A stretch of DNA of 32,000 bases. Origin: Nostoc punctiforme PCC 73102. Its GTDB lineage: Bacteria; Cyanobacteriota; Cyanobacteriia; Cyanobacteriales; Nostocaceae. The stretch is taken from assembly GCF_000020025.1 (NCBI RefSeq), contig NC_010628.1, forward strand, positions 3,480,001-3,512,000, given 5' to 3'. The notes beneath the pieces were generated by a model. That model saw nothing but the letters and a program-made list of their open reading frames with translations, was not told where the DNA came from and did not search any database. Position 1 is the stretch's first letter, and every line of letters begins with the position of its first letter. This document shows, piece after piece, positions 8,838-17,971 of the stretch. The translations under genes and the position numbers were made by a program.

Positions 8838-9411
8838 AGTTGTATTTAACGCTCTAATTTTTATTATTCAAAAAGCTTCTTAATATACACTCTCTTACAA
8901 AAGTTGATTTTCCTTAAATAGTTATTTTTTACACATAGAGTATTACAATTTTCACTTAATAGAGTAAGTATAAATAAATATAGTATCAAGATTCATGATT
9001 TCCCGCAGAAGTCGTGAATCCTTCTCCTGAGCGGTTTCTGTTTAATTTAAGTTTATCTACTTACTACTGTGATATGTAGCTGAAAGCAAACATGCTTACG
9101 GATTTCTCATATCCTAACCAAATTTACAGATACAGGTAGATATTTATATTTATATAAAATAAGGTTAAGAAAAGATAAAATCACCGAAAAGATGGATAAG
9201 TAGTTGTAGTTTTATAAAGTATAATTAAGAAAAAGATAAACAAATCTAGGAAGTAATTTAGGCTAAAACTGCCTCGAACAGTACCCCAGAAAGGCAGGGT
9301 TCGAGTTGTTTCAGATAAAAAACTACCGCTATCTTTTGCCTACAACTAACTTGTAGGTTTACTAGAGAAACAATCATTGTAAATTTTTCAGTTGAAGAGG
9401 CAAATAAAGGC

Positions 9412-11136
9412 GTGGGTCAGTATCAACCTACTCAGCTAAAGCTCTATAATCCAGATGCGATAGCTCGCTATTATAGTTACCGTCCTTGGCTAGCCTGGGG
9501 GCGACTGCTGAGAATTATCTCCTCTTTTGCAGTATTTATAATCAGTCTCAAGTGGGACGAATGGCAAGACAAAGTTGAGCAGAACAAGGGTAAACGAGCT
9601 ATCCAGTTGCGAGAACTGCTCACCCGCCTCGGCCCAACTTTTATTAAAGTTGGTCAAGCCCTCTCCACCAGACCTGACTTAATACGTAAGGATTTTTTAG
9701 AAGAACTGATCAAGTTACAAGATCAGTTACCACCTTTCGACAATGCGATCGCTTACAAAATTATCGAAACCGAGCTAGATCGTCCAATTAATGAAAGTTT
9801 TAGCGAACTCTCACCTCACCCAGTCGCAGCAGCTAGCTTGGGTCAAGTATACCGTGGTCGTCTGATCACTGGCGAAGAAGTTGCAGTGAAGGTGCAACGC
9901 CCAAACTTACGCCCAACTCTTACCCGCGACCTCTATTTATTGCGCTGGGGTGCGAGTTGGGTAGCTCCTTGGTTGCCCCTGAATCTCGGTCACGATCTCA
10001 CTTTAATCGTGGACGAGTTTGGCACGAAGCTATTTGAAGAAATCGACTATATAAATGAAGGCCGCAACGCCGAAAAATTTGCTAGCAATTTCCGCAACGA
10101 CCCACAAGTTAAAGTTCCAGGAATTTACTGGCGTTATACCAATACCCACGTTTTAACCCTGGAATGGATTAACGGCTTTAAGCTGACGGATACTAAAAGC
10201 ATCCGCGAAGCAGGTTTAGACCCAGAAGCGATTATCCAAATTGGCGTTACTTCAGGATTGCAACAGCTCCTAGAACACGGCTTCTTTCATGCTGACCCCC
10301 ATCCCGGTAATTTATTTGCTGTACCCGATGGTCGGATGGCTTATATCGACTTTGGCATGATGGATCAGTTGGAAGAAAACACCAAAGAAACACTAGTAGA
10401 TGCGCTAGTGCATTTGGTGAATAAAGACTATACCGACTTAGCCGAAGACTTTGTAAAATTAGGATTTCTGACTCCAGACACGAATATTTGCCCGATAGTG
10501 CCAGCATTAGAAGCGGTGCTAGGAAACGCCATTGGCAAAAATGTCAAGGATTTTAACTTCAAAACTATTACCGATGAATTCTCGGAACTGATGTACGAAT
10601 ATCCTTTCCGAGTTCCGGCGAAGTTTGCTTTGATTATTCGTTCCTTAGTGACTCAAGAAGGTATTGCCCTGAGCCTCAACCCAGATTTCAAAATTGTGGA
10701 AGTGGGTTATCCCTACATAGCACGGCGGTTGCTGACGGGGGAATCGCCGGAATTACGGCGGCGATTATTGAATGTGTTGTTCAAAGATGGTAAATTTCAG
10801 TGGCAGCGTTTAGAGAATTTAATTGCGATCGCTCGTAGTGATAACAACTTTGATGTATTGCCGACAGCCCAGATGGGTTTCCAATATTTAATGTCGGAAG
10901 AAGGCAAGTTCCTGCGGCGACAGCTGGTGCTAGCTCTCACTGAAGATGACCGCCTCCACACCGAAGATGTCCAACGTCTGTGGAACCTAGTTAAAGATGA
11001 CTTAAAACCGGATCGTTTACTAAATGCAGCGATCGGTATTTTAACAAATTTATCTAGAGAAGGCGCGGCGGCTATTCTGCCAAAAGCTACATTTCTAGTG
11101 CCTTTTACTGGAAACCAGTCAGCAATTAAAAACTAA
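9412..11136 (+). CDS. ABC1/AarF/UbiB-family atypical kinase
   Basis: 574 aa. Motifs LGPTFIKVGQALSTRPD, AAASLGQVY, VAVKVQRP, FFHADPHPGNL and IDFGMM are hallmarks of the ABC1 kinase family. GTG start. Confidence 0.9.
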   Translation: MGQYQPTQLKLYNPDAIARYYSYRPWLAWGRLLRIISSFAVFIISLKWDEWQDKVEQNKGKRAIQLRELLTRLGPTFIKVGQALSTRPDLIRKDFLEELIKLQDQLPPFDNAIAYKIIETELDRPINESFSELSPHPVAAASLGQVYRGRLITGEEVAVKVQRPNLRPTLTRDLYLLRWGASWVAPWLPLNLGHDLTLIVDEFGTKLFEEIDYINEGRNAEKFASNFRNDPQVKVPGIYWRYTNTHVLTLEWINGFKLTDTKSIREAGLDPEAIIQIGVTSGLQQLLEHGFFHADPHPGNLFAVPDGRMAYIDFGMMDQLEENTKETLVDALVHLVNKDYTDLAEDFVKLGFLTPDTNICPIVPALEAVLGNAIGKNVKDFNFKTITDEFSELMYEYPFRVPAKFALIIRSLVTQEGIALSLNPDFKIVEVGYPYIARRLLTGESPELRRRLLNVLFKDGKFQWQRLENLIAIARSDNNFDVLPTAQMGFQYLMSEEGKFLRRQLVLALTEDDRLHTEDVQRLWNLVKDDLKPDRLLNAAIGILTNLSREGAAAILPKATFLVPFTGNQSAIKN

Positions 11137-11162
11137 AAACCTATAAATCAGGAGTTTTAATA

Positions 11163-11537
11163 ATGTATTATTTTCCTCTACAACCACCCTATTTCCTTTT
11201 ACTCGTTGGTTTTTTGACAGCATTAACATCTGGTTTGGCATTATCTGGCACTTTGAAAGTAATTGTGCAGAATTGGCCAAGTGAAAGAGCAGAAAATACT
11301 AAACCACGTTCCTCTCTAAAACAATTACTTGTGCCATTTATCGGTATCACTGGCGGGACTTGTCTATTTCTATCTTCAGGTTTAGAGATATTTGGCTTTC
11401 CCTCCACTTTGGCTTTAGGAGTTGGTCTACCAATTAGTTTGTTTACTTGTTTATTAGTTTGGTTGCAGTTGGGAAGTATGATGACCTTTATAGAACGCGA
11501 AGGGATGCAATCTTTAGATTTAGATTCTTTTTCTTAG
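11163..11537 (+). CDS. Small hypothetical membrane protein (about 3 TM)
   Basis: 124-aa ORF starting 26 nt after the ABC1 gene. AGGAG lies about 8 nt upstream of the ATG. Hydrophobic segments are present, and a strong hairpin follows at 11598-11625. Confidence 0.6.
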   Translation: MYYFPLQPPYFLLLVGFLTALTSGLALSGTLKVIVQNWPSERAENTKPRSSLKQLLVPFIGITGGTCLFLSSGLEIFGFPSTLALGVGLPISLFTCLLVWLQLGSMMTFIEREGMQSLDLDSFS

Positions 11538-11597
11538 ATTGATAAAAATATGTTTAAGTTATTATTAACTGAACTGCCTTGATATAGGAATAAACTT

Positions 11598-11633
11598 AAA
11601 TGCTCACCATAGCTGGTGAGCATTTATACTTTT
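11598..11633 (+). terminator. Rho-independent-type terminator
   Basis: A 12-bp perfect stem aaatgctcacca / tggtgagcattt with a 4-nt loop, followed by atactttt. Confidence 0.65.
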
Positions 11634-11876
11634 GTAGTAAGCATTTTTCAAGGCTTTAGTATAGATGCAATTAATTCATGCCTTAAAATCTTTTAGGGAT
11701 TGCATATAATTTTACTAATTAGAGGAAGATAGGTACTATTACAGTAGTCAGCCCCTATATTATATATGTGAACATAGTGTTTGATTTAAATCAAAACAAT
11801 TTGCATGATTCTTCTGTCTCTAAACAAATTTTTAATATTAGTATCAACCAAATTTTATTTAAACAATTAAAATCTT

Positions 11877-12761
11877 ATGAACCAAGAAAAATCAGACATT
11901 TGTTTTTGCACTTTAGCTTTAGGGAAAAGATATCGCTCTCATGCTTTCCTATTAGCTCAAGATATTGAAAAATATTCGCCAGGAGTATATTTAATTCTCC
12001 TAACAGATAAGCCAGAAGAATTTAAAATATATCTTAACGTTTTAGCATTTAAACATGAACAACAGAGCATTGGTTGTTACCACGATAAAAGGTTTGTAAT
12101 TGCCAAAGCCATATCACTGTTTAATACTTGTATATTTGTCGATGCAGATATCAGAATATTAGATAAGTTACAACCAGATATAAAATGGCTTCCTGGTATA
12201 ACAGCAAGAAGTTGTACCAGTATTGCCAAACACAATCAAGAATATATTAATTCAGCAAATGATGATTACAAGGCAAATAGAGTTAGAGATTTGACCATTC
12301 TGAGCAAACTAGCACAAAAACTAGGCCTGGATTTAGAAGATACTAATATTCAGTTTGTCATGGAAATGTTATTTGTAGTTACAAGGCAAAATGGGCGTGA
12401 AATCGAATTTATTAAGCAATGGGAAACTATAGCAATTTACTGTGAGTTAAATGGTTTTTATAGTGCTGAGGGTTATGCAATAGGATTAGCTGCTGCTAAG
12501 GCTGGATTGCCAGTTCGATGGGATGCTATGGACGGTATTGTTTATTTCAAGGATTGGGTAGAACGGCAAAAAATCAAAAAGGGACAAGCAAATCCAGATG
12601 AAACGCTGATATATTTTCAACAGCACGAAGCGATTGAATACCACAAAAATTCGATTTCCCAAAAGCTATTGCATAAGCTAAATAAATTTATTGGTTATTA
12701 CTATCGGTCCTTGCGTTTAAGACTTGCGGCATTGAGTAATTTTAATTTTTATCACCGATGA
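11877..12761 (+). CDS. Hypothetical GT-A-like (DxD) nucleotide-sugar transferase, convergent to the glycosyltransferase operon
   Basis: 294 aa. GT8-style N-terminus (ICFCTLALGKRY...) and a DxD motif, CIFVDADIRIL. No TM segments. The functional call is tentative. Confidence 0.45.
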   Translation: MNQEKSDICFCTLALGKRYRSHAFLLAQDIEKYSPGVYLILLTDKPEEFKIYLNVLAFKHEQQSIGCYHDKRFVIAKAISLFNTCIFVDADIRILDKLQPDIKWLPGITARSCTSIAKHNQEYINSANDDYKANRVRDLTILSKLAQKLGLDLEDTNIQFVMEMLFVVTRQNGREIEFIKQWETIAIYCELNGFYSAEGYAIGLAAAKAGLPVRWDAMDGIVYFKDWVERQKIKKGQANPDETLIYFQQHEAIEYHKNSISQKLLHKLNKFIGYYYRSLRLRLAALSNFNFYHR

Positions 12762-12814
12762 AACTTTGGAAAAACATCAACAAGCTGATTTAATTGGCAT
12801 TCTTTGCTGAATTA

Positions 12815-13852
12815 TTAGTAACCATTAATTTTATCCTTGAAGTTACGATACTTTAATTTAATATTGTTTACTCTTTGCTGAATAAAACTACTAGTAGACT
12901 TTTGCAAAAGCGTTATCTGGCTTGGGCGGGTAAAACTTTGAGGCCGTTTTTCAGGCGACTTTAAATAGCGATAATATAAGAAAACATCGCGGTAAGGGAT
13001 ATCTACATCTTCACCTCCACAAAGCCGCACAAAAGCTGAAGAAGATACACTCATATAGTGTAAGTAGGTCAATTTCCGCCCTTGGTCAAAGAGGATATTA
13101 TCTACTACATCAAATTTAGAACTCCAGTGATTACCAGTTGCCTGCTCGCAGTCATGAAAAGCAAAGTTATAATAGGAAATTCCACTTCTCAACACCATGT
13201 AGTTAAATAAAGATTGGTCAGGTGCTAAAAAAGCCATGACATCTGCCTCACCCGATATTAATTTGCCCATTAAATCGGCTCTTATCGCTGGAGGAAAAAT
13301 ATTTTTCTTGGTTGCAAACCAACCAGCACAAAATACTTTATCTTGCAATTTTTCTGAATTGAAAATTTGCTGCATTTGCTCTGGTGAACCATCAAAAATA
13401 AATTTTAAGTCAGACTTATATTGAAAATCATTGACTACCCAATCAGATGTATCTAATTGTTCATATACATAATCTACTGGCCCCATTAACAAGGTATCTG
13501 CATCAAAATAAATAAATCTATCAAAGGGGCCATCCACAGCACAAAATTTGCGGTGCATTGGTAACTCATAGAGTTCTGAAAAACCCCACTCTCGCCAAGT
13601 TCTTTGCGCTCTAGGATAATTTTTCCATATCTGAGTCGCAAAGTTATCCCAATAAGCTATGGAATCAGAATCTTCAAATAAGCTGACATTATCTCTAGAT
13701 GCAATCTCTGCTTTCACCTTATCTAAGCGCTGATTATATGGAAGTATACAAATAGGAATTTTCCTACCAGCATTAGCTTCTATACTGTTGAGCAATGCTA
13801 CTAGTTGATCATAGACAACATCATTGGCTAGGATGTAAATACCATCAATCAT
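12815..13852 (-). CDS. GT8-like DxD glycosyltransferase-family protein, tandem paralog 1
   Basis: Start set at ATG 13852 (MIDGIYILAND...), with AGGAG about 8 nt upstream; the ORF track extends to 13888. Motifs: ALLNSI, FIYFDADTLLM (DxD), FCAGWF, PDQSLFNY, YLHY, YRDVFLYYRYL. Clearly homologous to the next two genes. Confidence 0.65.
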   Translation of the reverse strand: MIDGIYILANDVVYDQLVALLNSIEANAGRKIPICILPYNQRLDKVKAEIASRDNVSLFEDSDSIAYWDNFATQIWKNYPRAQRTWREWGFSELYELPMHRKFCAVDGPFDRFIYFDADTLLMGPVDYVYEQLDTSDWVVNDFQYKSDLKFIFDGSPEQMQQIFNSEKLQDKVFCAGWFATKKNIFPPAIRADLMGKLISGEADVMAFLAPDQSLFNYMVLRSGISYYNFAFHDCEQATGNHWSSKFDVVDNILFDQGRKLTYLHYMSVSSSAFVRLCGGEDVDIPYRDVFLYYRYLKSPEKRPQSFTRPSQITLLQKSTSSFIQQRVNNIKLKYRNFKDKINGY

Positions 13853-13868
13853 TGGGATACTCCTAATA

Positions 13869-14759
13869 TTAAGTGCGGGCAGCAACAAAAGGAAATAAGC
13901 GGCGAGTCAGTTTGGAGATGAAAGCGAATTTACCCTCATGGAGATAGCGATAGTGTTCCCACAATTGCCAATAGGGACTACCAGTTTTCATCCGCGTACC
14001 AGCCCAGTGGAGATATTTTAGTCGTTGTCCTCGGTCATAGAGGGCATAATCTTGCTGTTGGAAACTTTGTGAACCCGCCCAACTACCAGGCCCACCACCA
14101 GGAATTTTGACGAGGTTTCCTCGTTTGTCAATCAGTTTGAGAACAAGATAATTTAAAATTGGTTGGTCTGTAACTCCTTCAGAAAAATCGAAATATTCAC
14201 GATGCGCTGCACACTCGCGCAAAGCTTCATCCATCTGTTCTTCGGTAATAACTCCTTTTCTCGAAGCCCAAAACCCACTGTTGAAAACATCTTGAAGTTG
14301 AGCATCAGAAAAAAGTTGCTGCTCTTTCACAAATGGGGAAAAGATATTTCGCAGTTTGTCATTGGCATAATGGTAATCACAACAGAAGAAATCAACTTCT
14401 GAAAGTTTGTCTAAATTGTCGGCGATTTTTTCAAAAACGACAATATCTGTATCAATATAAATAAATTCATCTAAAGGACCAAACCACGCAACTAGTTTAC
14501 GCATTTTGTTTGGTAAGGCAAGGAAATCTCGATCAAAAATTTCTCCGATGCGTTTAGTAAATTTATCAATAAGTTCCAAATCTGGGAAAATTTGCACTTT
14601 GTGTAAGGTAGAAAGCTGTTCTGCTACCTTGTGATAATTTTCGTTAAATGGTATTAGATAAATGGTTACTTCTGGATCGTAGTAACGAATACTATTTAGT
14701 AAAGCGATCGCATTATCAATAACACGATCGTTGGCAACAATATAAATTCCCCTACTCAT
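13869..14759 (-). CDS. GT8-like DxD glycosyltransferase-family protein, tandem paralog 2 (most divergent)
   Basis: 296 aa. Motifs GIYIVANDRV..ALLNSI, FIYIDTDIVVF, FNSGFWASRK, TDQPILNY, YLHWAG, WEHYRYL. Start lies 3 nt after the upstream stop. Confidence 0.65.
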   Translation of the reverse strand: MSRGIYIVANDRVIDNAIALLNSIRYYDPEVTIYLIPFNENYHKVAEQLSTLHKVQIFPDLELIDKFTKRIGEIFDRDFLALPNKMRKLVAWFGPLDEFIYIDTDIVVFEKIADNLDKLSEVDFFCCDYHYANDKLRNIFSPFVKEQQLFSDAQLQDVFNSGFWASRKGVITEEQMDEALRECAAHREYFDFSEGVTDQPILNYLVLKLIDKRGNLVKIPGGGPGSWAGSQSFQQQDYALYDRGQRLKYLHWAGTRMKTGSPYWQLWEHYRYLHEGKFAFISKLTRRLFPFVAART

Positions 14760-14762
14760 AAA

Positions 14763-15743
14763 TTATCCTTGGTTAATTAACTTAAGTTTTCGCAAAGCTC
14801 TTGTAAGTAAATTTGGTACTGGAGCGTCATTATAATTCTTCGGAGGGTTTTGAAAGATGGGACGCTTATCTGGTTCGTTTAAGTAACGATAGTAGAGAAA
14901 TAAATCTCGATAGGGAAAATCAATATTTTCTCCAGCACAGACTGCTTGATTAATATTAGGAGGGATACCAATATAATGAAGGTAGGTTAGCCGATTACCT
15001 TTGTCATAAAGAAGGTGTTCTCGTTCCTCGAAGTGCTTAGATGTGGCGGAACATCCTGTCTTTGCATTATCTGGTAGTTGACGAGCAAAGTTATAAATAT
15101 AAAGATTAGACCTCATTACCATGTAGTTTATCAGTGGTTGTTCTCCAGCACCGCCATACAAAATTTCCGCCTCACCATTTTGTAAATGCGATATTAGTAA
15201 ATCTCTTTGTTCTGAGTTAAATGTTCCTCGTTTTGCACCATAGAAACCGGAGCAAAAAATTTCAGAATCAATCCGCTTTTGCTCGAAAACTTCTAGTAAT
15301 TTTGGCGAGTTAACATTATATATCTTACTAACGTCTTTAAATTGGAAATCGTAGACAACAAAATCATACGTATCTAGCTTTTCAAACACCGATGTCAGAG
15401 AATTCATCACCAAGGTGTCTGCATCTAAATAGATAAATTTATCGAATGGCCCATCAAAGGCGCAAAAACGCCGATGAGCGCCATACAACCGTGATTTACT
15501 CCGATTCAATCGCTCTGGTGCTGCTGAGAGCATAAATTGATCCCAACGGTTGATTGATTCTTGATTATCGTAAAGAAATACATTAGGTCGTTTAGCTATT
15601 TCATCAGCAATTCGCTGTGTCTGATCGTCGAAAGGATAGATACAAACAGGAATTTCGGGGCCCAAGATAACATCAATACTGTTGAGCAAAGCCACCAGTT
15701 GATCGAAAACATAATCATTGCCAAGGGTACAAATACCATTCAT
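14763..15743 (-). CDS. GT8-like DxD glycosyltransferase-family protein, tandem paralog 3
   Basis: 326 aa. Motifs GICTLGNDYVFDQLVALLNSI, FIYLDADTLVM, FCSGFYGAKR, GEQPLINY, YLHYIG, YRDLFLYYRYL. Start lies 3 nt after the upstream stop. Confidence 0.65.
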   Translation of the reverse strand: MNGICTLGNDYVFDQLVALLNSIDVILGPEIPVCIYPFDDQTQRIADEIAKRPNVFLYDNQESINRWDQFMLSAAPERLNRSKSRLYGAHRRFCAFDGPFDKFIYLDADTLVMNSLTSVFEKLDTYDFVVYDFQFKDVSKIYNVNSPKLLEVFEQKRIDSEIFCSGFYGAKRGTFNSEQRDLLISHLQNGEAEILYGGAGEQPLINYMVMRSNLYIYNFARQLPDNAKTGCSATSKHFEEREHLLYDKGNRLTYLHYIGIPPNINQAVCAGENIDFPYRDLFLYYRYLNEPDKRPIFQNPPKNYNDAPVPNLLTRALRKLKLINQG

Positions 15744-15746
15744 AAT

Positions 15747-16706
15747 TTATGAGTGTTGATCGACAAAGTTTGATAACCAGTTAAGTAAGTTTAATTTATG
15801 TAGAATAATTTGACGTGCTTCTGCGATCGCATCTTTGGCAGCATACCAAGCATCAGGTGTAGCCGTCACTTCTTGGATGTAGGCAATACCTTTTTCATCT
15901 AAACTGGGCAACCGCAAAAAACTACCCGGTGGCAATAATTTATCAGCAGCAGGGCCACCATAGTAGATTGGTAGACACCAGGCAAGTAAACTATCCCAAA
16001 GTTTCTCACTGACATACCAATTATTGTCAGCATAATTTTCAATTGCCAAATTGTAATAGTATGGTGCCATCCCATACCATTTGTTACCTAGCTCTCCCGA
16101 TTTTTTAGCCGATTCTGGTAGGTTACGCCCATATAAATCAAATTTCATGCCACTAGATTGTAGGGACTGTAAAAAGTCTAAACGCTGGCGATGTTTGGCT
16201 GTACGACTAATTCCCGAAGTAATCCAACTGCATGGGGCAACCTTTTCAGGTGGAGGCATTTCATTTAAATCTTGAAATGAATTTGAATGATACCAAATAG
16301 CAGGCATATAGTCAGGAGTCGGGGCAAAATCATCGGGGCCAGAAATGTAGCCGCAATACTTCTGGGCTTGTTGATAATTATGATTAGTTGTTTCGACAAT
16401 TTCATCTAAAGGCGGTTCCCTTAGCAAATAAATAATCCGATCTTTGTTGATACCACGCAGTAGAGAATCAACATTTACTACTGATTTTTGCTGCCGTTTG
16501 CGAAAGCTATCTAACCAAGATTTTTGTGGCGCTGCTTGGGGAAAATCAAATTGATACATCAGTAGAAAATCTGGTTTAGTTGCTAGTGACTGCATTTGCA
16601 TATTGCCCCAAACTCCAAATTGATGAGGGGTTTGTTGCCACAGCCAATCGGCTCTAGTTTCTAAACCTCGATAGCTGCTAATCATTCCTACAGTTTTTAT
16701 AGTCAT
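15747..16706 (-). CDS. GT10-like glycosyltransferase (alpha-1,3/4-fucosyltransferase-type C-terminal domain)
   Basis: 319 aa. YNLAIENYADNNWYVSEKLWDSLLAWCLPIYYG matches the GT10 pattern FENSxxxxYVTEKxxDxxxxxxxPIYxG. Confidence 0.65.
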   Translation of the reverse strand: MTIKTVGMISSYRGLETRADWLWQQTPHQFGVWGNMQMQSLATKPDFLLMYQFDFPQAAPQKSWLDSFRKRQQKSVVNVDSLLRGINKDRIIYLLREPPLDEIVETTNHNYQQAQKYCGYISGPDDFAPTPDYMPAIWYHSNSFQDLNEMPPPEKVAPCSWITSGISRTAKHRQRLDFLQSLQSSGMKFDLYGRNLPESAKKSGELGNKWYGMAPYYYNLAIENYADNNWYVSEKLWDSLLAWCLPIYYGGPAADKLLPPGSFLRLPSLDEKGIAYIQEVTATPDAWYAAKDAIAEARQIILHKLNLLNWLSNFVDQHS

Positions 16707-16747
16707 TTTAGTTATTAGTCATTTGCCATTTATCTTCTAGATTCTTT

Positions 16748-17971
16748 TTATGCGATAAATAGGGGTAGCAGAGATTCATCAACATAACTAAGAATTTTTG
16801 CGGCTCGATTTTCCCAAGAAAACTGCTTGACAAATTCGATACTATCTGGATAACCTTCTATTTTTCTAGGATGAGTTTCTAAAACCTGCTTCAGACTTTC
16901 GGCAAATTTGCTCGGGTTATCTGGTTCACACCAAGCAGCGATCGCTTTTGTATCTTGAAACTCAACTAATGAAGGGATTTCCGTCGAGACAATAGGAGTT
17001 CCAGAGGCGAAGTAGTCAAACAGCTTTAAAGGAGATGTGAAAGTTGCCGCTTTTCCCGAACAATGAGGGTGAGCTAAAACATCCGCTGCTTGTAGCAAAG
17101 ATGCTAACTCATTATGCAAGACATAGCCCAAAAATTGAATATTATAAACCTGTTTTTCTTTTACCAATTGCTGATAATATTCTACTTCTGCTGGCTTACC
17201 ACCTGCACAGGCAAATTGCACATTAGGCATTTCGTTAGCCACATCAATTAGTACATCAATACCTTTAAATTGCTGTAACGCTCCCGCATAAACTACCAAT
17301 TTTTGGTTTTCATCTCGCAATAGTTTTTGTCGCCATTCTGCGGCTTTTTCTGGTTGTCTCTGCATAAACAAGCGATTGAAACCATTGTGCAACTTAATTA
17401 CTTTTTCTGGCGGCATCCCATTTTTAATCATGCTTTCACGGATTGTTTCTACAACGGTGACAGCTATTTGTAAGAGTGGATTTGTAACAATTTCTTGCTC
17501 AAATGGTTTCTCTTCATGGTGGTGGTGTTCATAAATTGCCGGAATGCCATTTTTGATGGCAGCTTTGACAAAATTCCAGTTGCGACTGTGGACAAGTTTA
17601 GTACTTGGAAGTATATGAAATGGTAAATAATACTTGCTTGCAATAGTGTTGGAGTCAGTAAATTTGCTCGAGAAATGGTCAATCGGCCAAGGCATCGGTA
17701 ATGGAGCAACTTTTAACTTGTCATGGAGATTGTAATATTCAATAAGTTCTGTTGGTGTTTTTATCGGTTCAAAAGGACGCAGTAAATTAATTGGGTTATT
17801 AGCTTTCACTCCTTTATCAGGGTATACCAAAACTGTTGAGTATCCTAAGTTAGCGGCGGCATTAGCTGCGTTTGTAGACTGCACTAGGTGAGCCTCTGGC
17901 TGAGGTAATTCTTCACCAATGAAAAAAATATAGTGTTTTTTTAAAGTATTAGTTTCCATAATTTTAGACAT
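16748..17971 (-). CDS. GT4-family (GT-B fold) glycosyltransferase
   Basis: C-terminal GT-B signature (LAHPHCSGKAATFTSPLKLFDYFASGTPIVST). The start is ambiguous: ATG at 17971 overlaps the ABC stop, ATG at 17959 (METN...) lies 4 nt after it, and the ORF-track TTG is at 17986. Confidence 0.8.
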   Translation of the reverse strand: MSKIMETNTLKKHYIFFIGEELPQPEAHLVQSTNAANAAANLGYSTVLVYPDKGVKANNPINLLRPFEPIKTPTELIEYYNLHDKLKVAPLPMPWPIDHFSSKFTDSNTIASKYYLPFHILPSTKLVHSRNWNFVKAAIKNGIPAIYEHHHHEEKPFEQEIVTNPLLQIAVTVVETIRESMIKNGMPPEKVIKLHNGFNRLFMQRQPEKAAEWRQKLLRDENQKLVVYAGALQQFKGIDVLIDVANEMPNVQFACAGGKPAEVEYYQQLVKEKQVYNIQFLGYVLHNELASLLQAADVLAHPHCSGKAATFTSPLKLFDYFASGTPIVSTEIPSLVEFQDTKAIAAWCEPDNPSKFAESLKQVLETHPRKIEGYPDSIEFVKQFSWENRAAKILSYVDESLLPLFIA

